This document shows, one piece after another, positions 62,991-64,000 of a stretch of 64,000 nt of DNA; the stretch's first letter is position 1, and the number at the start of each line of letters is the position of its first letter. The stretch spans positions 43,462,001-43,526,000 of the forward strand of contig OZ024756.1 of NCBI GenBank assembly GCA_964016885.1. Reading direction: 5' to 3'. This DNA is from Eledone cirrhosa. Lineage: Eukaryota. The position numbers were made by a program, and so were the translations under genes. The notes under the pieces were generated by a model. The model was not told where the DNA came from, ran no database searches, and saw only the letters and a list, made by a program, of their open reading frames with translations.

Positions 62991-64000
62991 ACACTAGAGA
63001 CAGACATTGAACACACACTATAGACAGACATTGGACACAGACTAGAGACAGACGTTGGACACACACACTAGAGACAGACATTGGACACACACTAGAGACA
63101 GACATTGGACTCACACTAGAGACAGACATTGGACACACACTAGAGACATACATTGGACACACACTATAGACAGACATTGGATACACACTAGAGACAGACA
63201 TTGGACACACACTAGAGACAGACATTGGACACACACTAGTGAGAGACATTGGACACACACTAGAGACAGACATTAGACACACACTAGAGAAAGACATTAG
63301 ACACACACTAGAGACAGACATTCGAAACACACTAGAGACAGACATTCGACACACACTAGAGACAGACATTGGACACACACTAGAGACAGACATTAGACAC
63401 ACACTAGAGACAGACATTGGACACACTAGAGACAGACATTGGACAAACACTAGAGACAGACATTGGACACACACTAGTGAGAGACATTGGACACACACTA
63501 GAGACAGACATTGGACACACACTAGAGACAAACATTGGACACACACACTAGAGAGAGACATTGGACACGCACTAGAGACAGACATTAGACACACACTAGA
63601 CAGACATTGGACACACATTACAGACAGACATTGGACACACACTAGAGACAGACATTGGACACATACTAGAGACAGACATTAGACACACACACCAGAGACA
63701 GACATTGGACACACACTAGAGACAGACATTGGACACACACTAGAGACAGACATTGGACACACACTAGAGACAGACATGTGACACACACTAGAGACAGACA
63801 TTAGACACACACTAGAGACAGACATTGGACACACACTAGAGACAGACATTGGAGACACACTAGAGACAGACATTAGACCCACACTAGAGACAGACATTGG
63901 ACACACACTAGAGACAGACATTGGACACACACTAGAGACAGACTTTGGACACACACTAGAGACAGACATTGGACATACACACTAGAGAGAGACATTGGAC

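Larger units (their letters stand above)
1..64000 (+). repeat. 24-bp tandem satellite array, consensus ACATTGGACACACACTAGAGACAG, about 2,660 head-to-tail copies, running to both window edges
   Basis: The monomer reads directly from base 1 and recurs to base 64000. Most units equal the consensus or differ by 1-2 substitutions or a 2-bp CA/GA slip. Every ORF is an 8-aa-periodic translation of it. Confidence 0.99.

Noticed and set aside
76-63969. Hundreds of ORFs (up to 333 aa at 11082..12083) encoding CPMSVSSV, VQCLSLVC, HWTHTRDR or DIGHTLET repeats
   Set aside because: They are automatic translations of a 24-bp repeat on both strands, with constant 2-bp frameshifts between frames, no unique domain and no sign of frame preservation.
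1-64000. CRISPR array (repeat length is in the CRISPR range)
   Set aside because: Units are directly adjacent, with no unique spacers, leader or cas genes.
1-64000. Telomerase-made long telomeric repeat of the budding-yeast type (about 23-25 bp)
   Set aside because: The array is at least 64 kb with inherited variant cassettes duplicated in kb-scale blocks, which indicates recombinational amplification. I do not recognise the unit as a known telomere repeat. A subtelomeric location is not excluded.
1-64000. Variant pattern as a deliberate code or an antigenic-variation cassette store
   Set aside because: The variant order is explained by nested duplication of random mutations. There is no expression site, recombinase or flanking gene in the window.
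1-64000. Purely synthetic sequence or sequencing-artefact concatemer
   Set aside because: Variants recur in hierarchical, position-dependent patterns with small differences between copies, unlike random error. Misassembly of individual blocks cannot be excluded without reads.

Overview
The whole 64-kb window is one uninterrupted, single-orientation tandem satellite array of about 2,660 monomers (64,000/24). The 24-bp consensus on the + strand is ACATTGGACACACACTAGAGACAG (10 A, 6 C, 5 G, 3 T; no CpG). I see no unique sequence, gene, RNA gene, transposon or CRISPR spacer. All listed ORFs are 8-aa-periodic translations of the monomer (CPMSVSSV, VQCLSLVC, HWTHTRDR, DIGHTLET). The information lies in the monomer variants: point substitutions, 22/26-bp dinucleotide slips, and rare 13/23/35/37-bp units. 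These form ordered cassettes that reveal nested, irregular higher-order duplications with offsets of 1751, about 8200-8226, about 3400-4300, 1577, 4647, 6329, 3336, 1724, 2656/2704 and 3229 bp, plus a left-to-right turnover of diagnostic variants. The monomer looks like a diverged dimer of an 11-bp unit and contains an exact Smad CAGA-box match. It is probably eukaryotic heterochromatic satellite, but the organism and chromosomal position cannot be determined from the sequence. I found no support for a new protein-coding system. Duplication boundaries are approximate; offsets come from identical ORF-track entries and hand-checked markers.
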